Below, in pieces: positions 18,432 to 25,412 of a stretch of DNA of 64,000 nt. The stretch spans positions 2,855-66,854 of the forward strand of contig JABHWZ010000009.1 of assembly GCA_018657525.1 (NCBI GenBank), in the 5' to 3' direction. Source of the DNA: an archaeon (GTDB lineage: Archaea; Nanobdellota; Nanobdellia; Pacearchaeales; GW2011-AR1). The notes beneath the pieces are model-generated. The model did not search any database. It was not told the DNA's origin and saw nothing but the letters and a program-made list of their open reading frames with translations. The translations under genes and the position numbers were made by a program. Every line of letters begins with the position of its first letter. Positions within the stretch are counted from its first letter, which is position 1.

Positions 18432-18514
18432 GCGGGTATGCCGGAGTGGTCAAACGGGTCAGGTTTAGGACCTGATAGCTTATGCTTACTTAGGTTCGAA
18501 TCCTAATACCCGCA
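18432..18514 (+). tRNA. tRNA-Leu (anticodon TAG), long variable arm
   Basis: GCGGGTA acceptor, anticodon loop TTTAGGA, 15-nt variable arm, T-arm TTAGG-TTCGAAT-CCTAA. Confidence 0.9.
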
Positions 18515-18595
18515 TTTATTGAGATTCGAAGCCTCGGGTTTCGTTGAAGAATTGTGAAGCAATTGCTTTGGCGAGCGAGGATTTACATCCGACGC
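18515..18595 (+). repeat. family A module, tRNA-Leu locus (variant central segment)
   Basis: gattcgaagcctcgggtttcgtt...gagcgaggatttacatccgacgc shared with 21403-21604 (reverse strand) and 22832-22904. Confidence 0.85.
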
Positions 18596-18613
18596 CGAAT
18601 CCTAATATCCGCA
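18596..18613 (+). pseudogene. copy of tRNA-Leu positions 56-73
   Basis: cgaatcctaatatccgca versus cgaatcctaatacccgca at 18497-18514 (17/18); both are followed by tttatt. Confidence 0.9.
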
Positions 18614-18625
18614 TTTATTTTTTAT

Positions 18626-19573
18626 TTAATTATTTGTAGAATTATTTAGCTTTTTTTCTTTGGCTTCTTTTTCTTTTTGTTTGATTTTGTCTTCAAGTTC
18701 TAATCTTTCAATTAATTCCTTGTATCTATTTCTAATTGTTACTTCAGTTATTCCTGCTACATCTGCAACTTCTCTTTGAGTTTTCTTTTCATCATTTATT
18801 AAAGCAGCGACGTAAAGCGCAGCGGCAGCTATTCCGGCCGGGCCTCTTCCTGAAGTTAATTCAACTCTTTCAGCGTCTCTTAAAATTTTTAATGCTTCGT
18901 TTTGAGTTTTTGGTGAGAGCTTTAGTACTGAAGAGAATCTGGAAACATAATCCTTTGGAGATGATTGTTTTACTTTTATTCCAAGTTTTCTTATTACAAA
19001 TCTGTATGTTCTTCCGATTTCTTTTCTTTCTACATCTGAGGCAGTTGCCATTTCGTCGAGGGTTCTTGGAATATTATAGGAACGACAGGCGGCGTATAAG
19101 CAAGCAGCAATTACAGATTCCATACTTCTTCCTCTTACTAGTCCTCTTTGAAGAACATAGTTATAGATTCTTGATGCTTCGTCTCGGATTACATTTGGTA
19201 AATTTAGGTATGATGCTATAACTCTTAATTCGGCCATGGCTAATCTTAAGTTTCTTTCAATCGAAGTTGAAACTCTTTCTTGCCATTTTTTTAATCTTAA
19301 GAATTTTCTTGTTTGTCCTGGATCAAGTTTATAGATGTCAGAAATCTCCCCAATATTTGTCGTTAATCCCTTGTCAAATTTTTGCATAGAGATTGGCGCT
19401 CCTCCACGACCTTTTTTACCTGATTTATCAAATTGGCCTTGGGGGTCTATTCCAGTATCAACCATTTTATCTTCAACAACTAGCCCACAATCATTACAAA
19501 TGACTTCTCCTAAATGAGGATCATAATTTAAATGAATACTCCCACATTCAGGACATTTTTTTATATTTGGCAT
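18626..19573 (-). CDS. tfb: transcription initiation factor IIB (TFB)
   Basis: N-terminal zinc ribbon CPECGS...CNDCG followed by two cyclin-like repeats. Confidence 0.9.
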   Translation of the reverse strand: MPNIKKCPECGSIHLNYDPHLGEVICNDCGLVVEDKMVDTGIDPQGQFDKSGKKGRGGAPISMQKFDKGLTTNIGEISDIYKLDPGQTRKFLRLKKWQERVSTSIERNLRLAMAELRVIASYLNLPNVIRDEASRIYNYVLQRGLVRGRSMESVIAACLYAACRSYNIPRTLDEMATASDVERKEIGRTYRFVIRKLGIKVKQSSPKDYVSRFSSVLKLSPKTQNEALKILRDAERVELTSGRGPAGIAAAALYVAALINDEKKTQREVADVAGITEVTIRNRYKELIERLELEDKIKQKEKEAKEKKLNNSTNN

Positions 19574-19674
19574 TTTAGAAATTACTTTTGTTACTCTAGA
19601 GGTTTATAGTAAGATTTATAAAGCTTTTCTATTTATAAACTTTTCTATTTAAAAATTTATTTCAAAATGAGAAT

Positions 19675-20034
19675 TTATTCAATTAGAATTCCGTTAATAA
19701 CACCTTCTTGACTTGGCCTATTTGTGATTTTTGCTTTTCCAAGTGTGGTTTCTACAATTGTGCCTTTTGTTAAAATATTTTGTCTTGCTAGAAAACGATT
19801 TGAAGGAGTCTCGAGAACATTTTTAATTTCTGTCTTTTGAATTTTTTTATCTTTTAAAATATTTATTTTATTGTTCTTTAATGAGTATGTTTTTTTATTT
19901 CCGCCCATTGTTCTCAAGGTTCTTCTTTTTTCTTCTCCTAGTTTTACAATTCTTTTTTGCCCTGCTGTCTCGAAGGATTTTTTCTTTCTATTCTTGATAT
20001 ATTTTCCGCCAGTGATTTTTTTTCCTTTGTTCAT
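19675..20034 (-). CDS. rps8e: 30S ribosomal protein S8e
   Basis: KITGGKY...RKKKSFE.G...T.LGEEKRRTLRTMGGNKK...; start at ATG 20034 is preferred, the track start 20079 is possible. Confidence 0.8.
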   Translation of the reverse strand: MNKGKKITGGKYIKNRKKKSFETAGQKRIVKLGEEKRRTLRTMGGNKKTYSLKNNKINILKDKKIQKTEIKNVLETPSNRFLARQNILTKGTIVETTLGKAKITNRPSQEGVINGILIE

Positions 20035-20137
20035 GATATAATGGGCTATTTTTGATTTAAAAATGTTTTGACGCGTCATTTTGTGTAATAGTTGTTGCTA
20101 AATAGTAATGCGATAGGTTTAAAAGTCAATTCAGCCG

Positions 20138-20392
20138 TTGATAATTATGGTTAACGGAATCGAACGTCCTTTGGATTTGTTGAATAATTCAAAGAGCCAA
20201 GAAGTTATGGTGCAGTTGAAAAGCGGAAATAAGTTTGTTGGAACTCTTCTAGCTTTTGATATACACATTAATTTGGTTCTAGAGAATACAAAGGAAATGG
20301 ATGGAAGTGACATAAAACGAAACCTTGGTTTGACCTTTTTAAGGGGAGATACAATTATATTTATTTCTCCAGCGTCGACATCTTTGAAATAA
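20138..20392 (+). CDS. Sm-like (LSm) archaeal protein
   Basis: RPLDLLNNSKSQEVMVQLKSGNKFVGTLLAFDIHINLVLENT...LFLRGDTIIFISP (Sm1 and Sm2 motifs); the start could be 20147. Confidence 0.8.
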   Translation: MIIMVNGIERPLDLLNNSKSQEVMVQLKSGNKFVGTLLAFDIHINLVLENTKEMDGSDIKRNLGLTFLRGDTIIFISPASTSLK

Positions 20393-20475
20393 GTAAGCGT
20401 TTTTGTTTTAGTTTCGCAAGTTGTAAAATTTTGAATAGTGGTAACTCTTAAAAACTTAGGTTTATTCTGATAGTT

Positions 20476-21381
20476 ATGGCTACTAAAATTAAAATTACTT
20501 TTTTGGGAACTGCGGATGCAATTCCTAGCGTGAGAAGAAATCATTCAGCTGTATTTTTGAGTTATGATGCAGAGAATATTCTTTTTGATTGTGGGGAGGG
20601 GACACAGAGACAGTTTAGAAAGGCTAGATTAAACCCTGGGAAAGTAACACGTATTTTAATTACTCATTTACATGGGGATCATGTTTTGGGTTTACCTGGT
20701 TTAATGCAAACTTTGAGTTTGTCCAATTATAATAAAACACTTTATATTTATGGGCCAAAAGGTACAAAACAATTTGTTAGAGAAATGTTAAATACTTTTA
20801 AATTTCAAGAAAATTATCCAATTAAAGTGGAAGAAGTTTCTGGGAACTTTTTTGAAAACAAGCATTTTTATTTGGAAGCGGAAAAGATGATTCATGGAAT
20901 TCCTTGTAATGCATATAATTTTGTAAAAAAAGGAAAACTTAGAATTGATAAAAAAAAGTTGAAAAAATCTGGTTTGCCCGAAGGACCTTTGCTGTCTAAG
21001 ATTATTCAGGGGAAAGATGTTGTTTATCAAGGGAAGAAATTTAAATCAAAAGCTTTGACTTATCAAGATAAGGATTTGAAAGTGAGTTTTGTGATGGATA
21101 CTTTAGATAATAAAAGAATTGTGCCTTTTGTTAAAGGGGCAGATGTTTTTGTTTCAGAATCTACATTTAGCTTGGAGGAAAAAGATAAAGCCGAAAAGCA
21201 TAAACATTTGACGTCGGAACAAGCAGCTAAAATTGCAAAAAAAGCAAAAGTAGGGAAATTAATATTAACTCACATTAGTGCTCGTTATGATAAAAATCCT
21301 AAGAAAATTTTACTAGAAGCAAAAAAGATTTTTAGAAAGTCTGAAGTAGTTAAGGATTTAGATGTTTTGGAAGTGGAATAA
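20476..21381 (+). CDS. rnz: ribonuclease Z
   Basis: ITFLGT...FDCGEGTQRQ...ITHLHGDHVLGLPGL, metallo-beta-lactamase tRNA 3' endonuclease pattern. Confidence 0.85.
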   Translation: MATKIKITFLGTADAIPSVRRNHSAVFLSYDAENILFDCGEGTQRQFRKARLNPGKVTRILITHLHGDHVLGLPGLMQTLSLSNYNKTLYIYGPKGTKQFVREMLNTFKFQENYPIKVEEVSGNFFENKHFYLEAEKMIHGIPCNAYNFVKKGKLRIDKKKLKKSGLPEGPLLSKIIQGKDVVYQGKKFKSKALTYQDKDLKVSFVMDTLDNKRIVPFVKGADVFVSESTFSLEEKDKAEKHKHLTSEQAAKIAKKAKVGKLILTHISARYDKNPKKILLEAKKIFRKSEVVKDLDVLEVE

Positions 21382-21384
21382 ATA

Positions 21385-21495
21385 TGGCCCGGACAGGATT
21401 CGGCGTCGGATGTAAATCCTCGTTCGTCCGCTATTGAATTTCTGAAGCGAACGAAACCCAAGGCTTCGAATTCAAAAATAATTTCTTAAAAATTA
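21385..21495 (-). repeat. tandem unit 1: tRNA-Arg positions 56-73, family A module, and a copy of the tRNA trailer
   Basis: tggcccggacaggattcg (18/18 with 21605-21622) followed by gcgtcggatgtaaatcctcg...; starts 3 nt after the rnz stop. Confidence 0.9.
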
Positions 21496-21604
21496 TGGCC
21501 CGGACAGGATTCGGCGTCGGATGTAAATCCTCGCTCGTCCGCTATTGAAATTCTGAAGCGAACGAAACCCAAGGCTTCGAATCCAAATAATTTCTTAAAA
21601 ATTA
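21496..21604 (-). repeat. tandem unit 2: tRNA-Arg positions 56-73, family A module, and a copy of the tRNA trailer
   Basis: About 95 percent identical to unit 1; periods of 111 and 109 nt. Confidence 0.9.
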
Positions 21605-21679
21605 TGGCCCGGACAGGATTCGAACCTGCGACTTTCAGCTTAGAAGGCTGACACTCTATCCAGGCTGAGTTACCGAGCC
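21605..21679 (-). tRNA. tRNA-Arg (anticodon TCT)
   Basis: Reverse complement GGCTCGG acceptor, anticodon loop CTTCTAA, T-arm GCAGG-TTCGAAT-CCTGT. Confidence 0.9.
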
Positions 21680-21733
21680 ATAATAATATTTAAGATAAAA
21701 ACATATTTAAAAGTGTTTGTTTTTAAAGTTAAA

Positions 21734-22576
21734 ATGAAAAAGAGTGTGAAAACACTGAGTTTTCCGGTTAGAGGAAAATACGTTGTAATGCTAGCACCAA
21801 GTTTTGTGGTGGATTTTTCTTACCCTGAAATTATTTTAAAATTAAGACGTCTTGGTTTTGATAAAGTTGTCGAATTAACTTTTGGAGCAAAATTAGTTAA
21901 TAGAGAATATCATAAATTGCTAAAAAAATGTCCCTCAGGATGTTTGATGATTTCTTCTGTTTGTCCTGGAGTGGTGAGTTTAATTAATAATAAATTTTCA
22001 AAGTTAAAAAAGAATTTAATTTTGATAGATAGTCCAATGGTGGCTATGGCGAAAGTGTGCAAGAAAATTTATCCTAAACATAATGTTGTTTTTATTTCTC
22101 CTTGTGAATTTAAAAAACAAGAGGCTGAGGGTTGTAAGGAAATTGATTTTGTGATTAATTTTAATGAATTAAAAGAAATTTTTGCAAAGAAACTTTTTAA
22201 GAGAGAAGATAAAAATTTGTCTACAAGTTTTGATAGGTTTTATAATGATTATACAAAAATATATCCTCTTGCTGGGGGGTTGAGTAAGACAGCTCATTTG
22301 AAAAATATTTTAACAAATAAAGAAAGTATTTCAATAGATGGAATTAAGAGAGTGGAAACTTTTTTAAAAAAAGGAAATTTTGGGAAGTTGAAATTTTTGG
22401 ATGTGAATTTTTGTGTAGGGGGTTGTGTTGGAGGGCCTTACATTAATTCAAGTGTGCCTTTGGTTGTTAAAAAATTAAAAGTAAGAGGTTATTTGAGAAA
22501 ATCTAAACAAGAAGATATACCTGAAATTAAAAAAGGTTTAGTAAAAAAAGCAAAAGGAATTAGTTTGAAGAAGTAA
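21734..22576 (+). CDS. [FeFe]-hydrogenase large-subunit C-terminal-domain-like protein
   Basis: SSVCPGVV, SPMVAMAK, ISPCEFKKQEA and CVGGCVGGP echo the H-cluster-domain motifs TSCCPGW, SPQQM, MPCTAKK and CPGGC. Function unknown. Confidence 0.55.
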   Translation: MKKSVKTLSFPVRGKYVVMLAPSFVVDFSYPEIILKLRRLGFDKVVELTFGAKLVNREYHKLLKKCPSGCLMISSVCPGVVSLINNKFSKLKKNLILIDSPMVAMAKVCKKIYPKHNVVFISPCEFKKQEAEGCKEIDFVINFNELKEIFAKKLFKREDKNLSTSFDRFYNDYTKIYPLAGGLSKTAHLKNILTNKESISIDGIKRVETFLKKGNFGKLKFLDVNFCVGGCVGGPYINSSVPLVVKKLKVRGYLRKSKQEDIPEIKKGLVKKAKGISLKK

Positions 22577-22615
22577 AGAAATAGTTTTAAATAGTGTTTT
22601 CTTAAGTAATTATGT

Positions 22616-22697
22616 GCGCGGATGGTCTGGCTCCCAACTTTGATTTTTTCTCATTACCCCTTTTTTATTTAAATAAACCTAAAATCAAATTTGCTCG
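22616..22697 (+). repeat. copy of tRNA-Cys positions 1-10 (22616-22625) followed by a family B module (22626-22697)
   Basis: gcgcggatgg equals 22759-22768; tctggctcccaactttgattttttctcattaccccttttttatttaaataaacctaaaatcaaatttgctcg matches 18292-18365. Confidence 0.85.
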
Positions 22698-22758
22698 ACG
22701 GCTACATTGTAGCCTTGTACCATCAACTTTAAAAGTTCTGAATTTCTATTTATTTCAT

Positions 22759-22831
22759 GCGCGGATGGCACAGCGGCTACTGCGTCTCCCTGCAGAGGAG
22801 ATTTTCACGGGTTCGAGTCCCGTTCCGCGCT
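22759..22831 (+). tRNA. tRNA-Cys (anticodon GCA)
   Basis: GCGCGGA acceptor, anticodon loop CTGCAGA, T-arm ACGGG-TTCGAGT-CCCGT. Confidence 0.85.
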
Positions 22832-22904
22832 TTAGACGAGAATCCTTGGGTTTCGTTCGCTTCAAAAATTCAATAGCGGACGAGCGAGGATTTACATCCG
22901 ATGC
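22832..22904 (+). repeat. family A module, tRNA-Cys locus
   Basis: ccttgggtttcgttcgcttcaaaaattcaatagcggacgagcgaggatttacatccgatgc is nearly identical to the tRNA-Arg(TCT) units. Confidence 0.9.
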
Positions 22905-22922
22905 CGAGTCCCGTTCCGCGCT
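22905..22922 (+). pseudogene. copy of tRNA-Cys positions 56-73
   Basis: cgagtcccgttccgcgct is identical (18/18) to 22814-22831. Confidence 0.9.
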
Positions 22923-22962
22923 TTTCCCTAAAATTTAAAAACGTGTAGTGTATAATATTTTT

Positions 22963-24747
22963 ATGTATATTGTTAAACAACCTGTGAAGGGGAAGGATTA
23001 TTTTTATCTTCGGAAAAGCGTTAGAGAAAATGGAAAAGTTGTTAGTAAGTCTGTTGCGTATCTTGGAAAAACAAAAACTGATGCAGAGAAAAGATTTAAA
23101 GAGCTAAAAAATCATGGAAAATTGGAGGATTTTGAAAATAAAATTTTAGGGAAAAATGATATGAAAAAATTGGAAACTGAAAAGAATATGGATCAAGAAA
23201 AAATGAAAAAAACTGAAAGTGAATCTATAAAAAATAAAGAAATTAAAGTTTCTACAGATGAGAAAGAATTTTTGAGTTTTCTCAATGAGTCTGGTTTGGT
23301 TTGGGGTCCGAGTCCTGAGATTTATGGTGGGCTTGCAGGATTTTATACTTATGGTCCGTTGGGAAAGTTGTTAAAAAATAAAGTGGAAGATTCAATAAGA
23401 AAAATTTTTAATTCAAATGGTTTAAGGGAATTAGAGTCTCCAACTATTTTGCCAGATTCAGTATGGAAAGCTTCAGGGCATTTAGAAACTTTTAAAGATA
23501 GAACAATAAATTGTTCAAAGTGTAAGGCAGTTTTTAGAGCAGATAAATTAATTGAAGAAAAATATGATGTTCCGGCAGATTCTTTTTCAAATGAGAAGAT
23601 TCTAAATTTTATTGACGAGAAAGGAATTAAATGTCCGAGTTGTAAGGGATTGATGGAAAAATCAATTGATACTCAAAGTTTGATGATGAAGACAAAAGTG
23701 GCTGGGAAGGATGCTTCTTTAAGGCCTGAGACTGCTACAGGAACTTATTTACCATTCACTAGATTTTATAATTATTTTAGGAAAAAACTTCCGTTGGGGG
23801 TTTTTCAAATTGGTAAAGCATATAGAAATGAAATTTCTCCTCGGCAACATGTTTTAAGGGGGAGGGAGTTTACGCAAGCTGAAGGACAAATGTTTGTTGA
23901 TCCTGAAACAAAAAATAATTGGGAGAAATATGAATTAATAAAAGGGGAAAAGTTGCCGTTTTGGAATTCTGAAAGTCAAGAGTCAGATAAATCTGTGGTA
24001 AAGATTACCGTGGCAGAGGCTTTGAAAAAAGGAGATATAAAAAGTCAAGCATATGGTTGGTGTATTTGGTTAGCTTATACTCAGTTTATTAATTTAGGTA
24101 TTCCTTCAGATAGAATTCGTCTGCGACAACATCATCCGGATGAAAAAGCATTTTATGCCGACGACGCTTGGGATATAGAAGTTAAATTAAATAATTATGG
24201 TTGGTTTGAAATGTGCGGAGTTCATGACAGAACAGATTATGATTTAACTCAGCATTCCAAATTTTCGGGGGTTAAATTGGAAGCGGCAAGAGAGAATGGG
24301 GAGAAGTTTGTACCGCATGTTTTAGAAATTGCCTTTGGTACTGATCGTCCGACTTATGCGTTGATTGATATTTTTTACGATAAGAAGGAAGAAGGAGAAG
24401 GGAAGTCAATGTTTAAAATTCCTTATTGGATTGCTCCAATTGATTGTGCTATTTTTCCTTTGGTTAAGAAACCTGAATTATTTAAAATTGCAGAAGACAT
24501 TAAGGAAAGTTTAGAAAGAGAATTTGTCGTCGAGTATGACCTTGCAGGGAGTATTGGTAAAAGGTATTTAAGAAGTGCAGTGGCAGGTATCCCTTATGCA
24601 ATTACTGTTGATTTTGATTCTATTGAAAATGGTGATGTAACTTTGAGAGATCGTGATACTGAAAAGCAAGTTCGTGTTAAGATTTCTGAATTGAAAAATA
24701 TTTTGAGAAAATTAATAAATCAAGAACTCAGCTTCGACAAATTATAA
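22963..24747 (+). CDS. glyS: glycyl-tRNA synthetase (archaeal/eukaryotic type) with ~115-aa N-terminal extension
   Basis: SPEIYGGLAGFYTYGPLG, class II motifs, RPETATG, FRNEISPR. ATG 22963 lies about 27 nt after the aaatttaaaa box, suggesting a leaderless mRNA. Confidence 0.85.
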   Translation: MYIVKQPVKGKDYFYLRKSVRENGKVVSKSVAYLGKTKTDAEKRFKELKNHGKLEDFENKILGKNDMKKLETEKNMDQEKMKKTESESIKNKEIKVSTDEKEFLSFLNESGLVWGPSPEIYGGLAGFYTYGPLGKLLKNKVEDSIRKIFNSNGLRELESPTILPDSVWKASGHLETFKDRTINCSKCKAVFRADKLIEEKYDVPADSFSNEKILNFIDEKGIKCPSCKGLMEKSIDTQSLMMKTKVAGKDASLRPETATGTYLPFTRFYNYFRKKLPLGVFQIGKAYRNEISPRQHVLRGREFTQAEGQMFVDPETKNNWEKYELIKGEKLPFWNSESQESDKSVVKITVAEALKKGDIKSQAYGWCIWLAYTQFINLGIPSDRIRLRQHHPDEKAFYADDAWDIEVKLNNYGWFEMCGVHDRTDYDLTQHSKFSGVKLEAARENGEKFVPHVLEIAFGTDRPTYALIDIFYDKKEEGEGKSMFKIPYWIAPIDCAIFPLVKKPELFKIAEDIKESLEREFVVEYDLAGSIGKRYLRSAVAGIPYAITVDFDSIENGDVTLRDRDTEKQVRVKISELKNILRKLINQELSFDKL

Positions 24748-24852
24748 AATTAATAATTAGTTTTTTAATTGAAAATTTATTTTTTATTGTTACTAAGAAA
24801 AGTTTTTAAAGTTCTTTTACTTGATTTGAGTAATTAAATTGAGGTGATATAA

Positions 24853-25050
24853 ATGCCAAAAGCTATCAAAACTGTTAAAGCAGCAAACAATGAAATCAAA
24901 AGGTTGAAGAAAGCTATGAAGAAAGTGGAAGTGCGTAAGAAGAAGTTAAGTGTTAAACCTAAGAAAGTAGTTAAGAAAAAGGCTGTGAAGAGGAAATCCA
25001 AGAAACCAGCCAAGAAGAAAAAAGCAGCTAAGAAAAAGAAAAGACGTTAA
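24853..25050 (+). CDS. small lysine-rich basic protein (possible chromatin or nucleic-acid binder)
   Basis: gaggtga RBS; roughly half of the 65 residues are Lys/Arg. Confidence 0.55.
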   Translation: MPKAIKTVKAANNEIKRLKKAMKKVEVRKKKLSVKPKKVVKKKAVKRKSKKPAKKKKAAKKKKRR

Positions 25051-25194
25051 GTCTATTTTTTTATTTTTTTTTATTGATTAGTTAAAACCCGAGGACAAAA
25101 AGTTCAATGAAGGGAAGTGATGTAAATATTTTTAAATTGTAATTGATTGTGTTTTTTATTGAAAGTGATTGTATTTTTTGTAGGGGAGAAATTA

Positions 25195-25212
25195 TGGCTC
25201 TGGTGAGAGTTT
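25195..25212 (-). pseudogene. copy of tRNA-Met positions 56-73
   Basis: tggctctggtgagagttt is identical (18/18) to 25413-25430. Confidence 0.9.
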
Positions 25213-25412
25213 GTCGCTTCGCTCTCTACTCCGTAGAATGAGAGTTTCTATTTAAATTTGGAAATCTCATGATCACTTCGTTCTCTACTTCGTAGAACAT
25301 CAATTTCTGTAGAAATTGACATAAACCACCGACGTTCTGTGGAACAAAAAGTTATCTGAATTTTGGGAGCCTAAATTCTCAAAAATTTAAATGGCATTGA
25401 AAATGCCATAAA
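25213..25412. repeat. 200-nt mosaic insert: D-short (25213-25238), atgaga...tctcat hairpin module (25239-25270), D-long (25271-25360), hairpin atggcattgaaaatgccat
   Basis: Matches 6751-6840 (family D) and the atgaga...ttggaaaatctcat module at 46483-46576. Confidence 0.8.

Noticed and set aside
18515-18613. Family A plus the 18-mer as a tRNA pseudogene or a split-tRNA 3' half
   Set aside because: No segment of A can pair with the acceptor or T-stem strands of the 18-mer. There is no anticodon-arm-like structure and no upstream promoter of its own.
20131-20544. 137-aa minus-strand ORF
   Set aside because: It is antisense to the well-supported Sm-like gene and to the start of rnz, and its sequence is low-complexity. 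The plus-strand genes explain the region.
21385-21604. Possible CRISPR array (regularly spaced repeats)
   Set aside because: There are only two ~110-nt units and they are near-identical over their whole length, so there are no unique spacers. Each unit starts with a tRNA 3' fragment. No cas genes are present.
22814-22904. Reading family A plus the proximal 3' end as a T-loop intron (position 55/56) of tRNA-Cys
   Set aside because: An uninterrupted, foldable tRNA is present upstream. I also could not find a bulge-helix-bulge pairing between the two junctions. The intron reading remains formally possible as an alternative fold and would give the same mature tRNA.
24151-24171. YADD tetrapeptide (reverse-transcriptase-like), raising a DGR or retron possibility for the repeats
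   Set aside because: It lies inside the GlyRS catalytic core (HHPDEKAFYADDAWDIE). No RT domain, template/variable repeat pair or A-to-N mutation pattern is visible.
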